Source of the DNA: an uncultured Acidobacteriota bacterium
Lineage (GTDB): Bacteria > Acidobacteriota > Thermoanaerobaculia > Multivoradales > UBA5704
Length of the DNA: 64,000 nucleotides
Assembly (NCBI GenBank): GCA_963770895.1
Contig: CAVYRF010000001.1
Coordinates: forward strand, 480,001 to 544,000
Direction of reading: 5' to 3'
The notes under the pieces: generated by a model
Database searches by the model: none
What the model saw: only the letters and a program-made list of their open reading frames with translations
What the model was told of the DNA's origin: nothing
In this document: in pieces, positions 8,445 through 18,265 of the stretch
How the letters are laid out: each line of letters opens with the position of its first letter
How positions within the stretch are numbered: the stretch's first letter is position 1
Position numbers and translations under genes: made by a program

Positions 8445-9614
8445 ATGCCGCAACCTGCTTTGCCGCTGGAGCTTCGGGACCTGCTGGCGGCCGCCGCGGT
8501 GGCCGCCGACGACGCGATGACCGTCACCGTCGCCGACCTGGACGAGCCGCGCATCGTCTTCGTCAACCCGGCCTTTACCGCGCTCACCGGCTACGCCGCC
8601 GAAGAGGTGCTGGGCAGGACGCCGCGCCTGTTGCAGGGGCCGGCCACCGACCGTGCGGTGCTGGACCGGCTGCGCCGCGACCTGGCCGCCGGCCGCTCGT
8701 TTCACGGCCAGGCGATCAACTACCGCAAGGACGGCTCCGAATTCTGGTTGGAGTGGCGCATCGCGCCGGTGCGCGACGCCGCGGGCGCCGTGTCGCACTT
8801 TGTCGCGGTGCAGCGCGACGCCACCGAGCACCGGCGCTTTCTGCAGGCGGCGGAGCACGCGACGCTGGCCAAGACGTCTTTCCTGGCCCGCATCAGCCAC
8901 GAGCTGCTGACGCCGCTCAACTCGCTGATCGGCTTCCCGCAGATGCTCATCGACGGCTATTTTGGCGAGCTCGGGGACCGCCAGCAGCAGGCGGTGCGCA
9001 ACGTCCTGGGGGCGGCCGAGCAGCTGCGCCAGCTGATCCAGGACCTGCTCGACCTGACCCGGCTTGAAGCCGGGCGCCTGCGCCTGGAGCGCGACCGGTT
9101 CGACCTGGGGGCGCTGCTCGCCGACCACGCCGGGCCGGTGGTGGAAATGGCGCGCCGCAAGGGGGTGGACCTGGCGCTGCAGATCGCCGCCGATCTGCCG
9201 CCGGTCTGCGGCGACGCCGCCAGGCTCAAGCAGGTGGCGCTCAACCTGCTCGACAACGCGGTCAAGTACACGCCCGCGGGCGGCTGGGTGCAGCTGCGGG
9301 TCTGGGCCGCCGGCGACGCGGCCGGCAGGTCGCCGCTGGTGCACCTGACGGTGGCCGATTCGGGGGTCGGCATCGCCGACGAAGACCGCGAGCGGATCTT
9401 CCACCAGTTCGAACAGGTCGACCCCTCGCTCAGCCGCCGGCAGTCGGGCACCGGCCTGGGCCTGGCGCTGGTCAACCGCATCGTCGACCTGCATGGCGGC
9501 CGCGTCTGGGTGGAGAGCGCCGGGCCGGGGCGGGGCAGCGCCTTCCACGTGGAGATCCCCGGCCTGCGCCACGACGACGACAGCTGCTGCGGCGGCGACG
9601 GGGACGACCATTGA
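8445..9614 (+). CDS. PAS (LOV-like, Cys-less) sensor histidine kinase
   Basis: VNPAFTALTGY...GRTPRLLQG...NYRKDGSEFW; H-box SHELLTPLN; NAVKY, DSGVGI and GTGLGL. Confidence 0.9.
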   Translation: MPQPALPLELRDLLAAAAVAADDAMTVTVADLDEPRIVFVNPAFTALTGYAAEEVLGRTPRLLQGPATDRAVLDRLRRDLAAGRSFHGQAINYRKDGSEFWLEWRIAPVRDAAGAVSHFVAVQRDATEHRRFLQAAEHATLAKTSFLARISHELLTPLNSLIGFPQMLIDGYFGELGDRQQQAVRNVLGAAEQLRQLIQDLLDLTRLEAGRLRLERDRFDLGALLADHAGPVVEMARRKGVDLALQIAADLPPVCGDAARLKQVALNLLDNAVKYTPAGGWVQLRVWAAGDAAGRSPLVHLTVADSGVGIADEDRERIFHQFEQVDPSLSRRQSGTGLGLALVNRIVDLHGGRVWVESAGPGRGSAFHVEIPGLRHDDDSCCGGDGDDH

Positions 9615-11179
9615 GGCTGGCGCGGCTGTTTCCGCCGGACCGCATCGCCGTCGGCCTGATGGTCGCCTTGGCAGTGATGGTGGCGGTCGCGGGGGTGCAA
9701 TACGCCAGCGTCGTGCACCTGCTGGAGAGCTCGCGCCAGGTTTCCGCGGCGGCGCGCGAGATGGGTGCGATGCGCGGCGCCATGATGACCCTGGCCGCCT
9801 GCGGCGTCGGCCTGCTGCTGGCGATGTCGCTGCTGATGATGGCGGTGCGGGCGCAGCGGCGCGACCAGGCGCTGCGCGACCGCGCCGAGCGCATGGCGAT
9901 GTCGGCGGCGCGGCTGTCGACCATCATCGCGGCGCAGAACCTGATGGCGACCGACTTCCAGCGCGAGCGCGTGGTGGAACTGCTGGCCCAGCAGGCGCGC
10001 CGGCTGACCGACGCCGCCGGAGCGGTGGTGGTGCTCTACGGCCTGGGCGACCTGGAGCGGCCGCTGTCGCTGGGGTCGCCGGGCCAGGGCGGTGAGCCGG
10101 TTTCGTCGGTGCTGGCGGACGCCGCGGCGCCCGAGCGCGGCGACGACGGCCACCCCGCGGTGCCGCCTGAGCTTTTCGTGCGCCACGACGCCCGCTCGCT
10201 CGCCATCGTGCCGCTGATCTGCCTGGGCCGTCACCTGGGCGAAGTGCGCGTCTTTTCGCCCGAGCCGGTGCCGTTCAGCGCCGAAGCGATCGGCGACCTG
10301 CAGCTGATCGCCGGCTTCGCGGCGGCGGCGCTCAGCCATGCCGCCGAGCTGGTTGCCAAGGAGTCGGCGCTGCGCGAGCAGCAGCGCGCCAAGGAGGCGG
10401 CGGACAAGGCCAACCAGGCCAAGAGCGATTTCCTGGCCGGCATGAGCCACGAGCTGCGGACGCCGCTCAACTCGATCATCGGCTTTTCCGAGATCCTGGT
10501 CGACCAGCGCTTCGGGCCGCTCAACGCGCGCCAGGCCCGCTACGTCGAAAACGTCCTGAGCAGCGGCCGCCACCTGCTGCACCTGGTCAACGACGTGCTC
10601 GACCTGGCGAAGGTGGAGTCGGGGCGCATGGAGCTGCGCGCGGGGCCGTTCGACCTGCACGAAACGTTCGACGAAGCGGTCGCCATCGTGCAGCAGGCGG
10701 CCCAGGCCAAGCGCATCGAAATCGCCGTCTGCCTGCCCGACGAGCCGCCGCCGGTGGCCGCCGACGCGGGCAAGCTCAAGCAGGTGCTGTGCAACCTGCT
10801 GAGCAATGCCGTCAAGTTCACTCCCACCGGCGGCAAGGTGCGGCTCGAAGTGCAGGCGCTCGGCGTGGCGCTGGCGGAGCCGGCGGCGGGTCCCGGCGTG
10901 CTGCTGGTGACGGTGGCCGACACCGGCGTCGGCATCGCGCTGCGCGACCACCTGCGGATCTTCGAAGCCTTCGAGCAGGTCGATTCGCCGCTGTCGCGGG
11001 CGCAGCCGGGGTCGGGGCTGGGCCTGGCGCTGTGCCGCAAGCTGGTCGAGCTGCACGGCGGCCGCATCTGGGTGGAGAGCGACGGCGCCGGCCAGGGGAG
11101 CTGCTTCCGGTTCACCGTGCCGCTCGCCGCCACGGTCCACAACCCGCGGCCGACGGCGGTCACCCGCACGGCGCGATGA
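9611..11179 (+). CDS. Membrane GAF-domain sensor histidine kinase
   Basis: Two hydrophobic helices, GAF-like segment, MSHELRTPLN, NAVKF, GSGLGL. Confidence 0.9.
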   Translation: MRLARLFPPDRIAVGLMVALAVMVAVAGVQYASVVHLLESSRQVSAAAREMGAMRGAMMTLAACGVGLLLAMSLLMMAVRAQRRDQALRDRAERMAMSAARLSTIIAAQNLMATDFQRERVVELLAQQARRLTDAAGAVVVLYGLGDLERPLSLGSPGQGGEPVSSVLADAAAPERGDDGHPAVPPELFVRHDARSLAIVPLICLGRHLGEVRVFSPEPVPFSAEAIGDLQLIAGFAAAALSHAAELVAKESALREQQRAKEAADKANQAKSDFLAGMSHELRTPLNSIIGFSEILVDQRFGPLNARQARYVENVLSSGRHLLHLVNDVLDLAKVESGRMELRAGPFDLHETFDEAVAIVQQAAQAKRIEIAVCLPDEPPPVAADAGKLKQVLCNLLSNAVKFTPTGGKVRLEVQALGVALAEPAAGPGVLLVTVADTGVGIALRDHLRIFEAFEQVDSPLSRAQPGSGLGLALCRKLVELHGGRIWVESDGAGQGSCFRFTVPLAATVHNPRPTAVTRTAR

Positions 11180-11261
11180 GCGCCCGCCACGCCCGCCACG
11201 CCCGCAGCGCAAGGAACGCATTGAACAATGAGATGATGGGCGCGGAGGCGGCAGGCCGTCG

Positions 11262-12419
11262 ATGAGCGCAGCACGCAGAATCCTGGTGGTCGACGACGTG
11301 GAGCAGAACCGGGTGCTCCTGGGCGGGCTGGTGCGCTCCCTGGGGTACGACGTCTGGACCGCCAGCGACGGCCTCGAAGCGCTCGCCATGGTGGCGGAGG
11401 GCGTCGACCTGGTGCTGCTCGACGTGATGATGCCGGGCCTGGACGGCTACGAAGTGTCCCGCCGCGTGCGCTCCGACCCGCGCACGCGCGACCTGCCGAT
11501 CATCCTGGTGACCGTGCTGGACAGCCGCGAGGACCGCGTCAAGGCGATTCAGGTGGGCGCCAGCGACTTCATCGCCAAGCCGGTGGACAAGAGCGAGCTG
11601 CTGGTGCGCATCTCGTCGCAGCTCAAGCTGAAGGAGGCCCAGGACGCGCTCAAGCGCGGGCAGGCCGAGCTGGAGGTGATCGTGGAGCGCCGCACCGAAG
11701 AGCTGCGGCGCAGCTGCGAGGAGGCCGCCGAAGCGCGGCGGCTGACCTATGCGGCGCACGTCGACACCATTCGCCGCCTGGTGCTGGCGGCGGAGATGAA
11801 AGACCCCGACACCGCCCGCCACATCGTGCGCATCGCCCGCTATAGCGCCGTGCTGGCGGGGGCGCTTTCCATGTCGCCGGCCGAAGGCGAAATCCTGGGC
11901 CACGCGGTGACCATGCACGACGTCGGCAAGATCGGCATCCCCGACGCCATCCTGTTCAAGCCGGGTGCGCTCAACCCGGCGGAAAGGGCGATCATGCAGC
12001 GCCACACCCTGATCGGCAGCCGCATGCTCGCCGACTCGCCGTCGGAGCTGATGCAGCTGGGCCACGTCGTGGCGCTGACCCACCACGAGCGCTGGGACGG
12101 CAAGGGGTACCCGCGCGGCCTGGCCGGCGAGCAGATCCCGCTGGCGGGGCGCATCTGCTCGGTCATCGACGTGTTCGACGCCATGACGTCGGAACGCCCC
12201 TACCGCCCCGCCATCTCGCCCGAGGCGGCGCTGGCGGCGATGGCGGAAGGCCGCGGCGCGCACTTCGACCCGCGCCTGCTGGACATCTTCCTGGACCGCC
12301 GCGACCAGGTGCTGGCGATCCGCAACCGCATCCTGGCCGAAGCGGTGCTCCTCGGCGCCGACCCGGTGGAGGACTATCCGGGAGTGCCGGGCCAGGCGGC
12401 AGCCCGGGCCGACGCATGA
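11262..12419 (+). CDS. Response regulator with HD-GYP cyclic-di-GMP phosphodiesterase domain (RpfG-like)
   Basis: Receiver domain (VVDD, LDVMMP, KP); HDVGKIG and HHERWDGKGYP. Confidence 0.92.
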   Translation: MSAARRILVVDDVEQNRVLLGGLVRSLGYDVWTASDGLEALAMVAEGVDLVLLDVMMPGLDGYEVSRRVRSDPRTRDLPIILVTVLDSREDRVKAIQVGASDFIAKPVDKSELLVRISSQLKLKEAQDALKRGQAELEVIVERRTEELRRSCEEAAEARRLTYAAHVDTIRRLVLAAEMKDPDTARHIVRIARYSAVLAGALSMSPAEGEILGHAVTMHDVGKIGIPDAILFKPGALNPAERAIMQRHTLIGSRMLADSPSELMQLGHVVALTHHERWDGKGYPRGLAGEQIPLAGRICSVIDVFDAMTSERPYRPAISPEAALAAMAEGRGAHFDPRLLDIFLDRRDQVLAIRNRILAEAVLLGADPVEDYPGVPGQAAARADA

Positions 12420-13048
12420 TCCGCGTCCTGATCGCCGACGACCACCCGGTGTTCCGTCTGGGCCTGAAGCGCGCCCTGGAGGCGGTGCCGGACCTGTCCG
12501 TGGTGGGCGAAGCGGAGAGCGGCGAAGAGACCCAGGCCAAGGCGCGCCAGTGCCGCCCCGACGTCGTGCTGCTGGACGTTTCGATGCCCGGCCGCGGCGG
12601 CCTTGAAACCGCCCAGGACTTGAAGCGCGACTACCCGCGCATGAAGGTGCTGATGCTCACCGTGCACCCGGAAGACCAGTACGCGGTGCGCTGCCTGAAG
12701 CTGGGAGCGGACGGCTACATCACCAAGGACGTGCCGCCCGATCTGCTGGTGCAGGCGCTGCGCAAGGTGGCGGCGGGCGGCAAATACGTCAGCCCGCAGC
12801 TGGCGGAGCGGCTGGCCAGCGACCTGGCGAGCGGCGGCGAAAAACCGGCGCACGAAGCGCTGTCCAGCCGGGAGTTCGAAGTGATGCGGCGCATCGCCGC
12901 CGGCCGCACCATCGGCCAGATCGCCGAAGAGCTGCACCTGAGCGTCAAGACGGTGAGCACCTACCGGTCGCGGGTGCTGCAGAAGATGAATCTGCGCACC
13001 AACGCCGACATCATGCACTACGCCTTTCGCGCCGGCCTGGAAAGCTGA
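12416..13048 (+). CDS. NarL/LuxR-family DNA-binding response regulator
   Basis: IADDHP receiver; LSSREFEV...LSVKTVSTYR HTH. Confidence 0.92.
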   Translation: MIRVLIADDHPVFRLGLKRALEAVPDLSVVGEAESGEETQAKARQCRPDVVLLDVSMPGRGGLETAQDLKRDYPRMKVLMLTVHPEDQYAVRCLKLGADGYITKDVPPDLLVQALRKVAAGGKYVSPQLAERLASDLASGGEKPAHEALSSREFEVMRRIAAGRTIGQIAEELHLSVKTVSTYRSRVLQKMNLRTNADIMHYAFRAGLES

Positions 13049-14040
13049 TCCGCTTCGCCCAGGGGCGGCGCCGCCAGCCAGGCCCGCCGCCCGCCGTAGG
13101 GCCGGCGCGCCCCGCCGCGGCGCCCGGTGTCGCGGGCATCGCCCGCGTTGTCCGCATTGCTCGCATTGTCCGCATCGCTCGCATTGTCCGCATCGCGGGC
13201 ATCCTTGGCATCTCCTGGAACGCCAGGCGCTTCCAGCGTGGCGCCGGCCGCGGCGGCGGCGCGCTCGACGGTGCTGGCCAGCCGCCGCGCGGCCGCGCTG
13301 GCGGCCCGGCTGCTGGCGATGCGGGCGGCGCGAGCGGCGCGGGCGGCACTGGCGATGCGCGCCATGCCGGCGGCGCCGGTAAGGCGGGCGACGTCGGCGG
13401 CATCGGCGACATGGGCGAGGTCGGCGGTCGGGGCGACGTTGGCGCCGTTGGCGGCATTGGCGACGTTGGGAACGTTGCCGATGTTGGCGACGTCAGGGAT
13501 GTTGGCGGCGTTGGCGAATTTGGCGCCGGCGGCCGGTTCGATCCAGGCTTGCAGCGCGACGCGATCGGGCGGCTGGTTGGTGGCGGCCAGGATGACGGTG
13601 CCGCCGCCCGGCGGCAGGTGGTGGCGCGCTTCGAGCGCCATCGACAGCAGCAGGTGGTGCAGGTGGAGAGGTTGTCCGGCGAGCGCGCGCAGGTCGGACG
13701 GGTAGCGGACGATGAAGGCGACGTCGGACGAAAAAGCGATGGCGCCCAGCTTCTGCACGTCGGCGAGCAGGTACTGCGGCTGGAACAGGGTCGGTTCGCC
13801 GTCGATGCCGCGCGCCAGCCAGTGCAGCTGGCGGCCGGCGTGCTGCAGGCGCCGGGCGACGCCGCCCAGCGACAGCAGCATTTCACGGTCGGCGGGTTCC
13901 CGGCAGCTGGGCTCCAGCAGCTCGACGCACAACGCCACCGAGGCGGCGAGGTTGTTCATCTCGTGCGTCACGCCGCCGGCCAGCGCCGCCAGGCTTTCCA
14001 GCCGGCTGAGCCGCAACGTGCGGCTCGCGGCGGGCTTCAC
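13018..14040 (-). CDS. Degenerate histidine kinase: HisKA domain with eroded ATPase and tripeptide-repeat tail
   Basis: LAGGVTHEMNNL H-box; N-box region reads LSMALEARHHL; no G-boxes, replaced by ANAANI/DADNAS repeats. Confidence 0.55.
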   Translation of the reverse strand: MKPAASRTLRLSRLESLAALAGGVTHEMNNLAASVALCVELLEPSCREPADREMLLSLGGVARRLQHAGRQLHWLARGIDGEPTLFQPQYLLADVQKLGAIAFSSDVAFIVRYPSDLRALAGQPLHLHHLLLSMALEARHHLPPGGGTVILAATNQPPDRVALQAWIEPAAGAKFANAANIPDVANIGNVPNVANAANGANVAPTADLAHVADAADVARLTGAAGMARIASAARAARAARIASSRAASAAARRLASTVERAAAAAGATLEAPGVPGDAKDARDADNASDADNASNADNAGDARDTGRRGGARRPYGGRRAWLAAPPLGEADQLSRPARKA

Positions 14041-14468
14041 AGGCGATGTTCCAGGCGCTCCTCGCCGCGCGCGTCGCAGCGAGCGTGCAGCAGCTCCAGG
14101 ATCTGGCGGCTGAACGTGCGGGTATCGAGCGGCTTGGTGAAATAGGCGTCGCAGCCGACCGCGAAGGCGGCTTCGCGGTCGCCCTTCATGGCCCGCGCGG
14201 TGAGCACGACGACGCAGATGTCCGACGTCGCCGGATCGGCCTTCAGGCGGCGGGTCGCTTCCAGGCCGTCCATGCCGGGAAGCGCCACGTCCACCAGCAT
14301 GAGGTCGGGCTGAGCGTGGCTGGCCAGCGCCAGCGCTTCTTCCGCGGTGGTCGACAGCAGCACCGCAAGGCCTTCGGCTTCAAGCAGATCGCGCACCAGT
14401 TCGACGTTGAGGGGACGGTCCTCCACCAGGAGGACGCGATAAGGGCTGGGCGGGGTCGCGCTGTTCAT
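14037..14468 (-). CDS. Single-domain response regulator (DivK/CheY-like)
   Basis: VLLVED, DVALPGMDG, LTARAMKGDRE and TKP motifs. Confidence 0.9.
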   Translation of the reverse strand: MNSATPPSPYRVLLVEDRPLNVELVRDLLEAEGLAVLLSTTAEEALALASHAQPDLMLVDVALPGMDGLEATRRLKADPATSDICVVVLTARAMKGDREAAFAVGCDAYFTKPLDTRTFSRQILELLHARCDARGEERLEHRL

Positions 14469-14685
14469 AACACTTAGTTGCTGAATCATGATGAGAAGAG
14501 TACAGCATCGTTCGGCATATGGCGAGCCCCCATCTCTTCAAATCGTGAAGTGGGTCATGATTCTCCCGGGTACTGTTCAGTCTACACCCAACCTGCCATA
14601 CCCCAGCCAGGTTTATGTGACAGGTGGGCGGAGCTGCCCGCCGTGCCTCGCCTGGTCCGGCGCCATCGGATACACTCTCCCGGCC

Positions 14686-15618
14686 ATGAAGCTGGGCGAC
14701 CTCGACATCACTCTTGTGCACGACGGCGATTTCCGTCTGGACGGCGGCGCCATGTTCGGCGTCATCCCGCGCGCGCTGTGGGAAAAGGCCAAACCGCCGG
14801 ACGACCGCAACCGCATCCACATGGCGACCAACTGCCTTTTGATCGCGCGCGGCGACCAGCTGCTGCTGGTCGACTCCGGCATCGGCGACAAGAACGACGC
14901 GCGCTTCCGCGACATGTTCGGCATGGACCCGGCGGCGGTGCGGCTGCCCGCGGCCATCCGCCACGCCGGCTACCAGGTGGAGCAGGTGACGCAGGTGCTT
15001 CTGACCCACCTGCACTTCGATCACTGCGGCTGGAACACGCGGGTGCGCGACGGCGGCGCGGCGGCGGCGATGGCGGACCTGGTGCCGACGTTTCCCAACG
15101 CCACCTACTGGCTGGAGCAGGGAGAGGTCCAGCACGCCCGCCATCCCAACGAGCGCGACCGGGCGAGCTACGACCCGCGCAACTGGGAGCCGCTGTTTGC
15201 CGCCGGGGCGGTGCGCCTGTTCGACGGCGACGCGGGGGCCAGCCCGCTGCCCGGCGTGCGGGCGATCAAGGTGCCCGGGCATAACGCCAGCATGTGTATC
15301 GTTTTGCTCGATGGCGGCAGCGGTGAGGCGGCGCCCTACGGCGACAAGGCGGTCTTCCTTGCCGACCTGGTGCCCACCGCGGCGCACGTCGCCTACCCCT
15401 GGATCATGTCCTACGACCTCTACCCGATGACCACCCTGGACAACAAGAAGCTGTGGCTGCCGCGGCTGGCCGCGGAGGGGTGGCTGGCGATCTTCCAGCA
15501 CGAAGCCGAACATCCCGTGGGTCGCATCGTCGAGGAGAAACCGGGCCGATTCCGCGCCATGCCCGAAACGGTGCTCGCGCGCGCGGGCGCCGCCGGCGCA
15601 GTCCCTATCCCCCCGTAG
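14686..15618 (+). CDS. Metallo-beta-lactamase-fold hydrolase (YtnP-like)
   Basis: LDGGAMFGVIP, THLHFDHCG, GH, ADLVP, YDLYP motifs. Confidence 0.88.
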   Translation: MKLGDLDITLVHDGDFRLDGGAMFGVIPRALWEKAKPPDDRNRIHMATNCLLIARGDQLLLVDSGIGDKNDARFRDMFGMDPAAVRLPAAIRHAGYQVEQVTQVLLTHLHFDHCGWNTRVRDGGAAAAMADLVPTFPNATYWLEQGEVQHARHPNERDRASYDPRNWEPLFAAGAVRLFDGDAGASPLPGVRAIKVPGHNASMCIVLLDGGSGEAAPYGDKAVFLADLVPTAAHVAYPWIMSYDLYPMTTLDNKKLWLPRLAAEGWLAIFQHEAEHPVGRIVEEKPGRFRAMPETVLARAGAAGAVPIPP

Positions 15619-15630
15619 TCCGGAGACCCG

Positions 15631-17031
15631 ATGGCGCAAGAAGACTTCGACCTCATCATCATCGGCAGCGGTCCTGGCGGGTACGTTGCCGGCATCCGCG
15701 CCGGTCAGCTCGGCTTGAAGGTGGCGGTGATCGAAAAGGACCCCAAGTTCGGCGGCACCTGCCTGCACCGCGGCTGCATCCCGACCAAGGCGCTGCTGCA
15801 CACGGCGTCGCTGCTCGACGAGATCCGCGGCAGCGCCGAGCACGGCATCCAGGTGGCGGCGCCAACCCTGGACATCGCCCGCGCCCACGAGCGCAAGCGC
15901 AAGGTGGTGGACAAGAACGCGCGCGGCATCGAAGCGCTGTTCAAGAAGTACCACGTCGACGGCATGATCCAGGGGACGGGCCGGCTGGTGGGCCCCAACC
16001 AGGTGGAGGTGCAGGACAAGGACGGCCGCCGCGTGCTGACCGGCCGCTTCATCATGATCGCCACCGGCTCGGTGCCGCGCGACGTGCCGATCGCCCCCGC
16101 CGACGGCGAACGGGTGCTCAACTCCGACCACGTGCTGACCCTCGAGCGGGTGCCCAAGTCGATCGCCGTGCTGGGCGCCGGTGCCGTGGGCACTGAATTC
16201 GCGTCGCTCTACGCCAGCTTCGGCAGCGAGGTGACGCTGATCGAAATGCTGCCGCGCATCCTGCCGATCGAAGACGAAGAGGTGTCGGCGGAGCTGGAGC
16301 GCGCCCTGCGCAAGCGCAAGATCAAGGTGCTGACCGGCGCCCGCATGAGCGGCGTCGAGCGCACCCAGGCCGGCGTCAAGATGGCGCTGGAGCGTCAGGG
16401 CAAGAGCGAGACGTTGGAAGCCGAGCTGCTGCTGTCGGCGGTGGGGCGGCGGCCGGTGACCGAAGGGCTGGGGCTGGAGGCGCTGGGGGTGCAGGTCGAG
16501 CGCGGCTACGTCCAGATCAACCCGCTGATGCAGACCGCGGTGCCGCACATCTACGCCATCGGCGACGTGGTCAACACGCCGTGGCTGGCGCACGTCGCGT
16601 CGGCCGAAGGCATCCTGGCGGTGGAGCACATGGCCGGCCAGAAGGTGCGGCCGATCAACTACGACCACGTGCCGTCGTGCACCTACTGCGACCCGGAAGT
16701 CGGCAGCGTGGGCCTGAGCGAAGCCAAGGCCAAAGAGCGCGGCTACGACGTGGCGGTCGGCAAGTTCCCCTTCACCGCGCTGGGCAAGGCGGCGATCATC
16801 GGCCACACCACCGGCTTCGTCAAGGTGGTGCGCGAAACCAAGTACGACGAGCTGCTCGGCGTCCACATCATCGGCGCCAGCGCCACCGACCTGATCGCCG
16901 AAGCCTGTGCGGCGCTGCAGATGGAAGCCACCGACGAAGAGCTGATCCACACCATCCACGCCCACCCGACGCTGTCCGAAGCGGTCGGGGAGGCCGCCCA
17001 CGCCGCCCATGGCCACGCGATCCACTTCTAG
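15631..17031 (+). CDS. lpdA: Dihydrolipoyl dehydrogenase (E3)
   Basis: GSGPGGY, GGTCLHRGCIPTK and HAHPTLSE motifs. Confidence 0.96.
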   Translation: MAQEDFDLIIIGSGPGGYVAGIRAGQLGLKVAVIEKDPKFGGTCLHRGCIPTKALLHTASLLDEIRGSAEHGIQVAAPTLDIARAHERKRKVVDKNARGIEALFKKYHVDGMIQGTGRLVGPNQVEVQDKDGRRVLTGRFIMIATGSVPRDVPIAPADGERVLNSDHVLTLERVPKSIAVLGAGAVGTEFASLYASFGSEVTLIEMLPRILPIEDEEVSAELERALRKRKIKVLTGARMSGVERTQAGVKMALERQGKSETLEAELLLSAVGRRPVTEGLGLEALGVQVERGYVQINPLMQTAVPHIYAIGDVVNTPWLAHVASAEGILAVEHMAGQKVRPINYDHVPSCTYCDPEVGSVGLSEAKAKERGYDVAVGKFPFTALGKAAIIGHTTGFVKVVRETKYDELLGVHIIGASATDLIAEACAALQMEATDEELIHTIHAHPTLSEAVGEAAHAAHGHAIHF

Positions 17032-18265
17032 CAAGGCGGCGGGCGCTGGGGCCGGGGCCGGCTCCAATGGCAAGAATGCCGGCGGCCGGCGGGCGAGCGC
17101 CGCGCATCCGGTGGATGCGGCGGCTGACGGCGCGCTGCCGCCGATGGCCCCGACCGACCTGCCGCGCGAGCGGCAGATCGAGCTCTACCGCTTCATGAAG
17201 CTCAACCGCATGGTGGAGGAGCGGCTGGGCAACCTCTACCGGCAGGGCAAGGTGGTGGGCGGGCTGTACTCCAGCCGCGGCCAGGAGGCGACGTCGGTGG
17301 GCAGCGCCTATGCGCTGGCGCCCCAGGACTTCATGGGGCCGCTCATCCGCAACCTGGGCTCGATGCTGGTGCGCGGCGTGGCGCCGCGCGAAGTGATGAT
17401 GCAGTACATGGCCAAGGGGGGCAGCCCGACCGGCGGCAAGGACGGCAACACCCACTTCGGCGACCTGCGGCGCGGCCTGGTGGCGCCGATCTCCATGCTG
17501 GGCGCGCTCATCCCGGTGATGGCTGGGGTGGCGCTGGCCGGCCGCATGCAGGGGCGCGACCTGGTGGCGCTGACCTACATCGGCGACGGCGGCACTTCGA
17601 CCGGCGACTTCCACGAAGGCATCAACCTGGCGGCGGTGCTGCAGGTGCCGCTGGTGGTCATCGCCGAACACAACGGCTACGCCTACTCGACGCCGACCGC
17701 GCGGCAGATGCGCATCCCGGACATCGCGATGCGCGCCGCCGCCTACGGCATTCCCGGGGAAATCGTCGACGGCAACGACGTGCTGGCGGTCTACGCCGTG
17801 ACCCGCAAGGCGGTGGAGCGGGCGCGCGCCGGCGGCGGGCCGACGCTGATCGAATCCAAGACCTTCCGCATGAAGGGGCACGCCGAGCACGACGACGCGG
17901 GCTACGTGCCGCCGGCGCTGTTCGAAACCTGGCGCCGGCGCGACCCGATCGAGCGTTTCGAGCGCCACCTGCTGGCGGCCGGCCTGATCAGCGAAGAGGA
18001 GATCCAGCAGATCGTCGCCGCGATCGACACCGAGCTGGTGGCGGAGATGGACTTCGCCCTGGCCTCGCCGATGCCGCCGCCGGAGCGCGCCTTCGAAGGG
18101 GTGTACGCGGTGGCCGACGAGGGCGAACACGGCGATCGCAGGGAGCGCGGCGAGGGCACCGGCAGCGGTGCCGGCGGGGGCAGCGGCGCCCCGGCGGGGT
18201 CGGCGGGGTCGGCGGGCGGCCCCGCGGGGGCGGCGGGCGGGGCGGCCGGCGAGGTGGCTCGATGA
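17009..18265 (+). CDS. 2-oxoacid dehydrogenase E1 alpha subunit (pyruvate or branched-chain); alternative start at 17144
   Basis: GQEA, ThDP motif GDGGTSTGDFHEGIN, RMKGHAEHD, DPI. Confidence 0.9.
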   Translation: MATRSTSSKAAGAGAGAGSNGKNAGGRRASAAHPVDAAADGALPPMAPTDLPRERQIELYRFMKLNRMVEERLGNLYRQGKVVGGLYSSRGQEATSVGSAYALAPQDFMGPLIRNLGSMLVRGVAPREVMMQYMAKGGSPTGGKDGNTHFGDLRRGLVAPISMLGALIPVMAGVALAGRMQGRDLVALTYIGDGGTSTGDFHEGINLAAVLQVPLVVIAEHNGYAYSTPTARQMRIPDIAMRAAAYGIPGEIVDGNDVLAVYAVTRKAVERARAGGGPTLIESKTFRMKGHAEHDDAGYVPPALFETWRRRDPIERFERHLLAAGLISEEEIQQIVAAIDTELVAEMDFALASPMPPPERAFEGVYAVADEGEHGDRRERGEGTGSGAGGGSGAPAGSAGSAGGPAGAAGGAAGEVAR

